The translations under genes were made by a program, and so were the position numbers. From an uncultured Bacilli bacterium (GTDB taxonomy: Bacteria > Bacillota_I > Bacilli_A > RF39 > UBA660), in assembly GCA_947626095.1 (NCBI GenBank), contig CANQQV010000027.1, forward strand, positions 1 through 15,522: 15,522 nt of DNA. Reading direction: 5' to 3'. Shown here one piece after another: positions 1 to 7,310 of the stretch. The notes under the pieces are model-generated. The model saw only the letters and a program-made list of their open reading frames with translations, did not search any database and was not told the DNA's origin. Numbering within the stretch: position 1 is the first letter of the stretch; every line of letters begins with the position of its first letter.

Positions 1-2153
1 CAACCAGTACAATCTGCTTCTGAAACAACTATTTCAAAGTTATACTCTGGTTTACCTATCATTGGTACCCCATTATTTTTATCTGAACTAACAATTGGTC
101 TTATAACAGCATGAGGACAAACTATTGCACATTGACCACATTGAATACAATTTTCACTAACCCATTTAGGTACCATATTACTTGTCTTACGTTTTTCATT
201 CTTCGCTAAACCACAAGGGAATGTTCCATCTTTAAATGGCATTAAATCACTAACTTTTAATTCATCCCCTCTACGAGCATTTATCTCATCAAAAATATTA
301 CGTTTAATATTAACTTTCTCTTCTACTACATCTAACTTAGTCTTTACCTCTACTAAATTATCCATTGCTTCTAAGATTGCTTTCTTATTCGCATTAATGA
401 CTTCATCACCCTTAGTACTAAACTGTTTCTCTATCGAATGATTAACTACTTCTAAGACATTAGGAAAATTAATAAAGTTCAAAATAATTACTTCCATTAT
501 CTTACTTATTTTACCTTTAATACCTACTTTAGTTGCTATCTTTTCCGCATCAATCGTATAAAGTCTTACATGACGATCATTAATTATCTTTTTAACTTTA
601 TTAGGTAAATAACCATTTAATTCATCTACCCCTTTTATTGTATTAATAACGAATATTCCCTTTTCTTTAATATCATCAATCATATCAAACTTAAATAAAT
701 ATTCTTCTTTTGTAACTACGACAATATCTGGATCAGTAACATAAAATGGTGCATTAATCTTTTTATCAGAAATACGTAAATTACATATTGTAACTCCACC
801 ACTTTTTTTCGAATCATATTGATTATAGCTTTGAACAAAATTATCAGTACCTTCACCAACTATTTTCATAATATCTTTACTAGTACTAACCATTCCATCA
901 CTACCAAAACCAAATATCTTAATTCCTTTAGCTCCTATATCTAAATGATAATCATATATAGGTAAACTTAAATTAGTTACATCATCCTCAATACCTATTG
1001 TAAAATTATCTTTTAATTCTTTAGCTAACATTTTATAAACACTATATATTTGTGCTGGTGTTGTATTCTTACTAGATAATCCATATCTACCACCAACTAT
1101 TTTTATATCTTTATTTTTAAGCGCACTACAAATATCTAAGTACAATGGTTCACCCATACTACCAGCTTCTTTTGTACGATCTAAAACCGCTATCTTCTTA
1201 GTTGTCTTAGGTAATACCTCTAATAGATATTTAACACTAAAAGGTCGATATAAATGTACTTCTATTAAACCAACTTTTAATCCTTTACCCATTAAATCAC
1301 TAACTACTAATTTAGCTGTATCACAAACACTACCCATTGCTACAACTACATTAGTTGCATCTTTAGCTCCATAATAATTAAATGGTTTATAGTCTTTACC
1401 AGTTAACTTGTTAATTTCTTGCATATAGTTATTTACAATATCAGGCATTTCATTATATAAACTATTTCTTGCTTCAACAGATTGAAAATAAATATCTTCA
1501 TTCTCTGCCATACCCTTTTGGACGTTACTATTAACATTTAACATTCTTTCTTTAAATTCATTTACTTTATCATAATCAACTAGTTTTAATAAATCTTTAT
1601 CTTCTATTTCATTTATCTTATCAACTTCATGACTAGTTCTAAAGCCATCAAAGAAATGTAAGAATGGTAAACTACCTTTAATCGCACTTAAGTGAGCTAC
1701 TGCTCCTAAGTAATTAGCATCTTCAACATTAGTTGAAGCTAACATACAAAAGCCAGTTGCTCTTGTTGCATAAACATCTGAATGATCACCAAAAATCGAT
1801 AAAGCATGTGTCGCAATTGTTCTCGCTGCTACATGTATAACCGCTGGCAAACACTCACCAGCTATTTTATACATATTAGGTATCATTAAAAGTAACCCTT
1901 GACTAGCTGTAAATGTCGTTGCTAAAGAACCAGCTAATAACGCTCCATGCATTGTTCCCGCAGCACCCGCTTCACTTTGCATTTCTACAACTTTAACCTT
2001 ATCATTAAATAAATTTGTTTTATCAGTATGACTTAAAACATCAACTGTTGTTGCCATTGGACTACTAGGTGTAATTGGATAAATACTTGCTATCTCACTA
2101 AATAAATAAGCGACATCAGCACAAGCTGTATTTCCATCAGTTATTTTATACAT
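1..2153 (-). CDS. nifJ: Pyruvate:ferredoxin (flavodoxin) oxidoreductase, 5' part (~717 codons; runs off the left edge)
   Basis: Manual minus-strand translation from ATG at 2153 gives MYKITDGNTACADVAYLFSEIASIYPITPSSPMA (PFOR YPITP motif). Later come EMQSEAGAAG, TFTASQGLLLMIPNMYKIAGE, GFGSDG and the ferredoxin motif CIQCGQCAIVCPHAVIRP (~aa 669 on). A second motif, EADCTG(C), starts at the edge in the same frame. SD AAGGAAGG lies at ~2162-2169. Confidence 0.97.
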   Translation of the reverse strand, partial: MYKITDGNTACADVAYLFSEIASIYPITPSSPMATTVDVLSHTDKTNLFNDKVKVVEMQSEAGAAGTMHGALLAGSLATTFTASQGLLLMIPNMYKIAGECLPAVIHVAARTIATHALSIFGDHSDVYATRATGFCMLASTNVEDANYLGAVAHLSAIKGSLPFLHFFDGFRTSHEVDKINEIEDKDLLKLVDYDKVNEFKERMLNVNSNVQKGMAENEDIYFQSVEARNSLYNEMPDIVNNYMQEINKLTGKDYKPFNYYGAKDATNVVVAMGSVCDTAKLVVSDLMGKGLKVGLIEVHLYRPFSVKYLLEVLPKTTKKIAVLDRTKEAGSMGEPLYLDICSALKNKDIKIVGGRYGLSSKNTTPAQIYSVYKMLAKELKDNFTIGIEDDVTNLSLPIYDYHLDIGAKGIKIFGFGSDGMVSTSKDIMKIVGEGTDNFVQSYNQYDSKKSGGVTICNLRISDKKINAPFYVTDPDIVVVTKEEYLFKFDMIDDIKEKGIFVINTIKGVDELNGYLPNKVKKIINDRHVRLYTIDAEKIATKVGIKGKISKIMEVIILNFINFPNVLEVVNHSIEKQFSTKGDEVINANKKAILEAMDNLVEVKTKLDVVEEKVNIKRNIFDEINARRGDELKVSDLMPFKDGTFPCGLAKNEKRKTSNMVPKWVSENCIQCGQCAIVCPHAVIRPIVSSDKNNGVPMIGKPEYNFEIVVSEADCTG

Positions 2154-2171
2154 ATTATCAACCTTCCTTAA

Positions 2172-3398
2172 TTAATAGTTAAATGCATTATTTGGTTTTT
2201 CTTCTCCAAATAAGCTTAATTCATTTTCTTTTGCTTCATTATATATTTCCCATACGGTATCTAACCACAACTCATTACCATCACTTACCGGTGCATGAAT
2301 AGCTCCAACTTCTGCTAAAGTATTATACGAAACATCACTCAATGGTTTACCTATCATTCGATAATACTTAATAATTTCCGCACAAGTTTCAATAAAACCT
2401 TCCTCTATTGTATCAAACTTCCACCATGAGCCATTATTACGTAACCCTGCTGGATTATTCGCTGTTAAAAATAATTCACTCTTAAAATTACATTCTGTTC
2501 GACATATCGCATATAGTAAGCAACGATCAACTCCCATTACTTTAGCTATACTATTTATCTGAGCACAGTAATCAGTAGATGAATGATACTCATTATTATC
2601 ATACAAACTACCTATATCAATCCCAAATTGTTCTGGTAATTGTTTAATAGCTCTAATTGCATATAACAATATTTCTTCTTCCGAAGAGCCATATACTTCC
2701 TGCCCTTTACAAGTAACTCCCGTAATATGATAATTACTTAAAAAATCATCATCGGCAAAGTTATCAGTTAATTCAGCTAACTTATTAAAAGCTACATTCC
2801 TATTAATATGATAAATATCTGCATATTTATTAATTATTTCTCGTTCATACTTTAAATTATCTTCTGGCTCTGCCGTCGGTATCACTGTTTCATCAGTACT
2901 TACTATACCATCAAGCGGATCAGTCGGTTCATCAATAACAATACTTACACTTGTTGACGGTTCTTCTGGTGGTAAAGTTTCATTATTCCTTTCATTACCT
3001 GCTGCTTGTGTATTAAGATTCCAAATCATTCCTACTCCTAAAATAACTATCAAACTACCAATTACTACACGGTAACCAAACTTAATTTTAGGTGTTTCCT
3101 TTGTTTTATAACCATGATTATATTTATTACTACGATCTTTAGCCACAGCATAACGTTTAGTTGCTAAACCATTTTCAGGAACACTTTCTTCTTCCCTAGA
3201 TTTTACTCTTACTTCGCTTACTTTTTCTTCCCTTTTTTGTCCAAAATCATAATCAATAGCAATATTTGGATTTTTATGATATCTTCTTAAAGCTATAATT
3301 TCTTCTGCTGTTAAATTAAATATCTCCGAATTTTCAAAATCTACATACTTTCCTGTTCTAGTTATTTTACTTATATCTATTTTTGCTATATTTTTCAT
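2172..3398 (-). CDS. Membrane-anchored lysozyme-like/glucosaminidase-like (GH73-related) protein with a duplicated domain
   Basis: It has a ~110-aa charged N-terminus, one TM (aa ~111-128) and a Pro/Glu/Thr-rich linker. The C-terminal domain LLYAICRTECNFKSELFLTANNPAGL...KFDTIEEG resembles glucosaminidase domains (candidate catalytic E302, NNxxG motif). SD AGGTGG at 3403-3408. Confidence 0.65.
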   Translation of the reverse strand: MKNIAKIDISKITRTGKYVDFENSEIFNLTAEEIIALRRYHKNPNIAIDYDFGQKREEKVSEVRVKSREEESVPENGLATKRYAVAKDRSNKYNHGYKTKETPKIKFGYRVVIGSLIVILGVGMIWNLNTQAAGNERNNETLPPEEPSTSVSIVIDEPTDPLDGIVSTDETVIPTAEPEDNLKYEREIINKYADIYHINRNVAFNKLAELTDNFADDDFLSNYHITGVTCKGQEVYGSSEEEILLYAIRAIKQLPEQFGIDIGSLYDNNEYHSSTDYCAQINSIAKVMGVDRCLLYAICRTECNFKSELFLTANNPAGLRNNGSWWKFDTIEEGFIETCAEIIKYYRMIGKPLSDVSYNTLAEVGAIHAPVSDGNELWLDTVWEIYNEAKENELSLFGEEKPNNAFNY

Positions 3399-3413
3399 GA
3401 TACCACCTATTAT

Positions 3414-3422
3414 ATTATATCA
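3414..3422 (-). promoter_or_regulatory. Extended -10 element (TGaTATAAT) upstream of the 408-aa gene
   Basis: The minus strand reads TGATATAAT at 3422-3414, just past the 3441-3460 terminator hairpin. There is no convincing -35, and the 5' UTR would be very short. Confidence 0.45.
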
Positions 3423-3432
3423 TCTACTGCGC

Positions 3433-3460
3433 AAAATAAAAAGAAGAGTTAACTCTTCTT
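3433..3460 (-). terminator. Intrinsic terminator overlapping the HAD-GtrA stop codon
   Basis: The minus strand reads AAGAAGAG-TTAA-CTCTTCTT followed by TTTATTTT, a perfect palindrome at 3441-3460 with the TAA stop in the loop. Confidence 0.7.
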
Positions 3461-4474
3461 AAACACAAATAATTTACTTAACAAATAATTAAATATCATT
3501 ATTAAAATTTGCGTTACAATCGTCCATATCATTACCCATAAATCAGTATTTAATTTAAGTAATGTTACAAAGAACCACATAATAAACATTTCCATTAATA
3601 ATGTTAATATACGCGCTCCAAAGAATTGAAACATCTCTTTAATAATCTTTTTATTTTTACTTTTAAAAACATATATCCGATTAGTAACATAAGCAAATAA
3701 TACTGCTGCTGTCCAAGATATAACAATCGCCGACTGTAACTGTAAAGCATTATCCGCATTAAACACGGTAAATAAAAGTAGCCACTTAACACCAACACTA
3801 ACTATTGTGGTTAAACAACCAACAATTAAATAATTCCATAATTCTTCATTCTTATGATATATTCCCCATCCCCAACGCCAAAAACGAACAATAAAATTAG
3901 GTTTATACTCATAATAATTATATAGTTTATTTTTCTTTACTAAGATGCCTTCTTTAGCTTCTTTAATTAATGGTAAATCATTAATTGAATCCGTATACAT
4001 TTTACTAATTTTAGCTTTAGGATATTTCTTATAAAAAACTTTTACTTTTTCTTCCCCATGACAGTTATCACCTTTTATTTTACCGGTCTTTGGATCAATA
4101 TCTGTTGCAAATAAATCTTTTACTTTATATTTATCAGCAATTGGTTTTAACCAAAAATATCCCGAAGCCGAAATAATAATATCATTCTTATGATCTTTTT
4201 GTTCTGTCCAAAAATCTTTTAACTTATGTTCATGACCTTCCCAAAATTCTTCAACAAACTCTGAAGTATCAGGAAAATACTTTAAAAATGCAAAGATCTT
4301 ATTCTTCATATCTTTCTTAGTTCTTAACTTTAATAAATATAATATAACTGTTCCTAATGCTCCTAATAATGTCAAAAGAACTTTTGGTTTCTTCTTTATC
4401 GCAAATAAAACTAAATCTACTCCTGAATCCCCATCATAAATCGTTCCATCAAAATCATATAAATTGTACTTCAT
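3449..4474 (-). CDS. HAD-IB family phosphatase fused to a C-terminal GtrA-family membrane domain
   Basis: HAD motifs I (DFDGT), II (IISAS), III (NCHGEEK) and IV (YTDSINDLP) occur in aa 1-185. Aa ~210-341 form four hydrophobic segments with GtrA-type sequence (YLIVGCLTTIV, FAYVTNRIYVF, FNYLLSKLFVFKK). Confidence 0.88.
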   Translation of the reverse strand: MKYNLYDFDGTIYDGDSGVDLVLFAIKKKPKVLLTLLGALGTVILYLLKLRTKKDMKNKIFAFLKYFPDTSEFVEEFWEGHEHKLKDFWTEQKDHKNDIIISASGYFWLKPIADKYKVKDLFATDIDPKTGKIKGDNCHGEEKVKVFYKKYPKAKISKMYTDSINDLPLIKEAKEGILVKKNKLYNYYEYKPNFIVRFWRWGWGIYHKNEELWNYLIVGCLTTIVSVGVKWLLLFTVFNADNALQLQSAIVISWTAAVLFAYVTNRIYVFKSKNKKIIKEMFQFFGARILTLLMEMFIMWFFVTLLKLNTDLWVMIWTIVTQILIMIFNYLLSKLFVFKKS

Positions 4475-4480
4475 ATTGAA

Positions 4481-5557
4481 TCACTTCTTCTTTTTCACTT
4501 TATTCTTCTTTTCTTCATTATCTAAATGATGAAATAAAATATCTGTTCTTAAAACAATAAATAATAGTAAAAGCATTAAAGCAACATACAAGGCAATTGC
4601 TACTTTACTATCTCCTAATACATAGAAAATACTAATAGCTGCAAACACTATATTAATACCATATATTATTAAAACTGTTCCTCTAACCCCAAACTTCATC
4701 TTTAATAACTGATGATGAAAATGTTCTTTATCTGGTGTTGATATTTTCTCACCTTTCAATAATCTTCTAAAAATGGCAAAAGCCGTATCAAAAATTGGAA
4801 TTGAAAGAATTAAAATTGGAATAACTAAGGAAGTTAAAGTAGTAGCTTTAAATCCTAATAAAGCGATAACACTTATTGTAAAGCCTAAAAACAAACTACC
4901 AGTATCACCCATAAATATTTTAGCTGGATGAAAATTATGAATTAAAAAGCCTAAAGTTGAACCTAACATTATCAACGATAATATTATATCCAAACCTTGC
5001 ATTTTATTTAAAACAAAAGCAATTATCCCAATCGTTGTAAAATATATTGAACCAACACCTGCTGCTAAACCATCTAAACCATCAATTAAATTAATCGCAT
5101 TAGTCACACTAACAATAAAAATAATCGTTATTAGATAATTAAAAGGTGCTGGAAAATTAAAATTTAAACCAAAGAAACTAACATGATTTAAAACTATATT
5201 TCCATAAAAGACAACCACACAAGAAGCAACTAATTGAAAAAGTAACTTTGTACGTGCTCTAATCGGTTTTATATCATCAAATAAACCCGTTAAAACAATA
5301 ATAAAACCACCAATTAAAATTGATAACATCTGTATAGAAGTACGTGCAAATAACATATAACCTATTAAAAAAGCCCCAAATATTGCTAATCCTCCCATAC
5401 GTGGTGTTGGTACTGTATGAGAACTCCTTTCATTTGGAACATCTATTGCATTAGCATGAATAGCTGCCTTTTTTACAAAAGGAACTAATATAGCACTTGT
5501 TAAAAAAGTAATTAGAACAATAAAAAATATATTATGTCCATTAACTTCAAAATCCAT
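4481..5557 (-). CDS. tagO: UDP-GlcNAc:undecaprenyl-phosphate GlcNAc-1-phosphate transferase (TagO/WecA, MraY-like family)
   Basis: This polytopic membrane protein has PRMGGLAI, GLFDD, TNAINLIDGLDGLA, IFMGDTGS and the WecA/TagO HxHH motif (PDKEHFHH). The start was moved from 5575 to ATG 5557 (MDFEV..., 358 aa) because SD AGGTGG at 5564-5569 lies 6 nt upstream. Confidence 0.9.
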   Translation of the reverse strand: MDFEVNGHNIFFIVLITFLTSAILVPFVKKAAIHANAIDVPNERSSHTVPTPRMGGLAIFGAFLIGYMLFARTSIQMLSILIGGFIIVLTGLFDDIKPIRARTKLLFQLVASCVVVFYGNIVLNHVSFFGLNFNFPAPFNYLITIIFIVSVTNAINLIDGLDGLAAGVGSIYFTTIGIIAFVLNKMQGLDIILSLIMLGSTLGFLIHNFHPAKIFMGDTGSLFLGFTISVIALLGFKATTLTSLVIPILILSIPIFDTAFAIFRRLLKGEKISTPDKEHFHHQLLKMKFGVRGTVLIIYGINIVFAAISIFYVLGDSKVAIALYVALMLLLLFIVLRTDILFHHLDNEEKKNKVKKKK

Positions 5558-5622
5558 ATAAAACCACCTAAACATTATTATACGATATTTATTTTAAAAC
5601 ATAAATACTTCTTTATTTAACT

Positions 5623-5650
5623 AAAAAAGAGAAAAATTACTTTTTCTCTT
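5623..5650 (-). terminator. Intrinsic terminator overlapping the stop codon of the cohesin-like gene
   Basis: A perfect 10-bp stem (AAGAGAAAAA 5627-5636 / TTTTTCTCTT 5641-5650) has a 4-nt loop containing the TAA stop and is followed by a T-run on the minus strand. The stem is AT-rich and therefore weak. Confidence 0.6.
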
Positions 5651-7292
5651 CCTTATTAGCTTTCTTACGGCCTCTCGTTTTCTTTTTTTCTTCAACGACT
5701 TCTTCCGTAGGTTCATCTATTTTTTTAATTCTTCTTGTCTTTTCTTCTAAAACTTTATCCTCTTTTTCTAATCTTCTTAACTCTCTTTGTGATAATTGTG
5801 ATTTATCTACTTCTTTAGTTTCTTCTTTTACTTCCTCTTTAATATCTTTTACTTCTTTAGTATCTTTTACTTCTTTATTTTCTTTTACTTCTTCTATTGT
5901 TTCTTTAACTTTATTATCATTTTTGTCTTCTTTAATCTTTTTAGCTTTTTCTTTTAATTTGTCTGCTTCTTGATGCATCTTCATTAATTTAACTAATTCC
6001 ACTAATTTACTATTTTTCTCTCTAATCTTTGAATTATAAAGCATTAAAACAATTAATAAAATAATTGTTAAAAATGATATACCAACAAATATAAGTGCTA
6101 TTGAAAAATACAACTTTCCATTTTTATTATTACCTGCTTCATCTATTAAATATCTTTGGAAAGTCTCTTCTACAGTATCGTACTTATACCAACCAGTTTC
6201 TCCCGTTTTAGCATTCATACCATATACTAAAACAATATCACTTTCTTCTTCCCCCGTATAAGTAATAAATGTCATATCATTGATATTCATTTCCTTTTTC
6301 TCAGGATAATCATCTAATACACTAGGTGCATCTAAAGATATAAAAGTAAAACCTTCATTATTAATATATTTATATAGTTTATACGTTCCATCTTCATTAT
6401 AAATATATAAACTAATATCGCCGGCTTCATTCTTTAAAGCTAATAAAGTATAACCAGTTATATCACTATTTAATGCTGGTACAGTTTCTCCATCAATTAC
6501 TACTTCGCCCAAAGTATAATAAGCTGGAACTTCAATAGCGTCAACTTTACGTACAACAGCTAATTCTTCTCCGTCAACATTTACAATTACTGGATTTAAC
6601 TCTTTACGTGTAACTTCCACTACATAAGTCTTTTTATTACCTTTTTCGGCTGTTACTACTATTTCAAATCTATTTAATCCTTCAGTTAATTCTTTAGCTC
6701 CATCCCCAATAACTGTCGCATTACTATCATCTTTAGTTGCTGTAATGTTAATATTTTCTATTTCATTAGGTACTTCCAACGTATAATCTGTCGTATTCTT
6801 ATCAAAAGATGGTGTTAATTCATACCCTTCAACTACTAAACTCTTTAAATTAGCATTAGTACTATAACTCGCTTCAATCTCCGCTTGTGTACGCGCTTTT
6901 ATCGTAACTGAACCAACACTAACATTCATTGGTTTTAGTGAATCAAAGTCATATAAAGCATAATTTTTAACCGTTACTTTGGCATTACCACTTGCTACAG
7001 CTTTAAATTCATAAGTAACACTTTGATTATCTCCACCAACATAACCAGTAACAACTTCATTTCCACTTACTAAAACAAGTTTAGAATGGTCATAGTCAAT
7101 AGCATAATCCCAACCACCAACTTTACCAGCGCCGGTTCCAACACCATTAATTGTTACTGTAACTTTGACTTTATTTCCTACAACTACAGTACTGGCGTTT
7201 GCTTTAATTGAAATACCTGCAGCAGCATTAACATAAAGAATTCCAAAAAGACTAATTACCAAACTGAAAATTAAATATTTTATTTTTTTCAT
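5637..7292 (-). CDS. Surface protein: signal peptide, cohesin-like domain, cadherin-like beta-sandwich, C-terminal TM and long charged cytoplasmic tail
   Basis: The signal peptide ends in ...YVNA/A. Aa ~25-132 show a cohesin-like pattern (TVVVGNKVKVTVTI, IDYDHSKLVLVS, TYEFKAVASGNAKVTV). Aa ~144-230 are cadherin-like (NANLKSL...PSFDKNTTDYTLEV...IVVTAEKGNKKTYVVEVTR). A TM (LYFSIALIFVGISFLTIILLIVLML) precedes a ~130-aa K/E-rich tail. Confidence 0.75.
   Translation of the reverse strand: MKKIKYLIFSLVISLFGILYVNAAAGISIKANASTVVVGNKVKVTVTINGVGTGAGKVGGWDYAIDYDHSKLVLVSGNEVVTGYVGGDNQSVTYEFKAVASGNAKVTVKNYALYDFDSLKPMNVSVGSVTIKARTQAEIEASYSTNANLKSLVVEGYELTPSFDKNTTDYTLEVPNEIENINITATKDDSNATVIGDGAKELTEGLNRFEIVVTAEKGNKKTYVVEVTRKELNPVIVNVDGEELAVVRKVDAIEVPAYYTLGEVVIDGETVPALNSDITGYTLLALKNEAGDISLYIYNEDGTYKLYKYINNEGFTFISLDAPSVLDDYPEKKEMNINDMTFITYTGEEESDIVLVYGMNAKTGETGWYKYDTVEETFQRYLIDEAGNNKNGKLYFSIALIFVGISFLTIILLIVLMLYNSKIREKNSKLVELVKLMKMHQEADKLKEKAKKIKEDKNDNKVKETIEEVKENKEVKDTKEVKDIKEEVKEETKEVDKSQLSQRELRRLEKEDKVLEEKTRRIKKIDEPTEEVVEEKKKTRGRKKANKEEKK
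5824..5898 (-). repeat. Imperfect in-frame tandem repeat (18/21 bp) encoding xxEVK(D/E) units
   Basis: Four units start with TCTTTTACTTC at 5824, 5845, 5863 and 5881. They encode IEEVKE-NKEVKD-TKEVKD-IKEEVKE in the cytoplasmic tail. Confidence 0.7.
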
Positions 7293-7310
7293 TTCTATCC
7301 CTTTCCTTCT

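Noticed and set aside
3604-3798. 64-aa minus-strand ORF
   Set aside because: It is an alternate frame nested within the well-supported GtrA domain, with no recognisable motif.
4481-4483. Possibility of genetic code 4 (TGA=Trp), given a Mollicutes-like composition
   Set aside because: All long ORFs are intact under code 11 with Trp encoded as TGG. An AT-rich code-4 genome would show many in-frame TGA codons.
5558-5575. Upstream ATG for tagO (MFRWFY extension)
   Set aside because: The extension contains the SD for ATG 5557, and a TATAAT lies immediately upstream at 5577-5582.
5824-5898. CRISPR-like repeat array
   Set aside because: The units are contiguous 18/21-bp in-frame coding repeats without unique spacers, and there are no cas genes.
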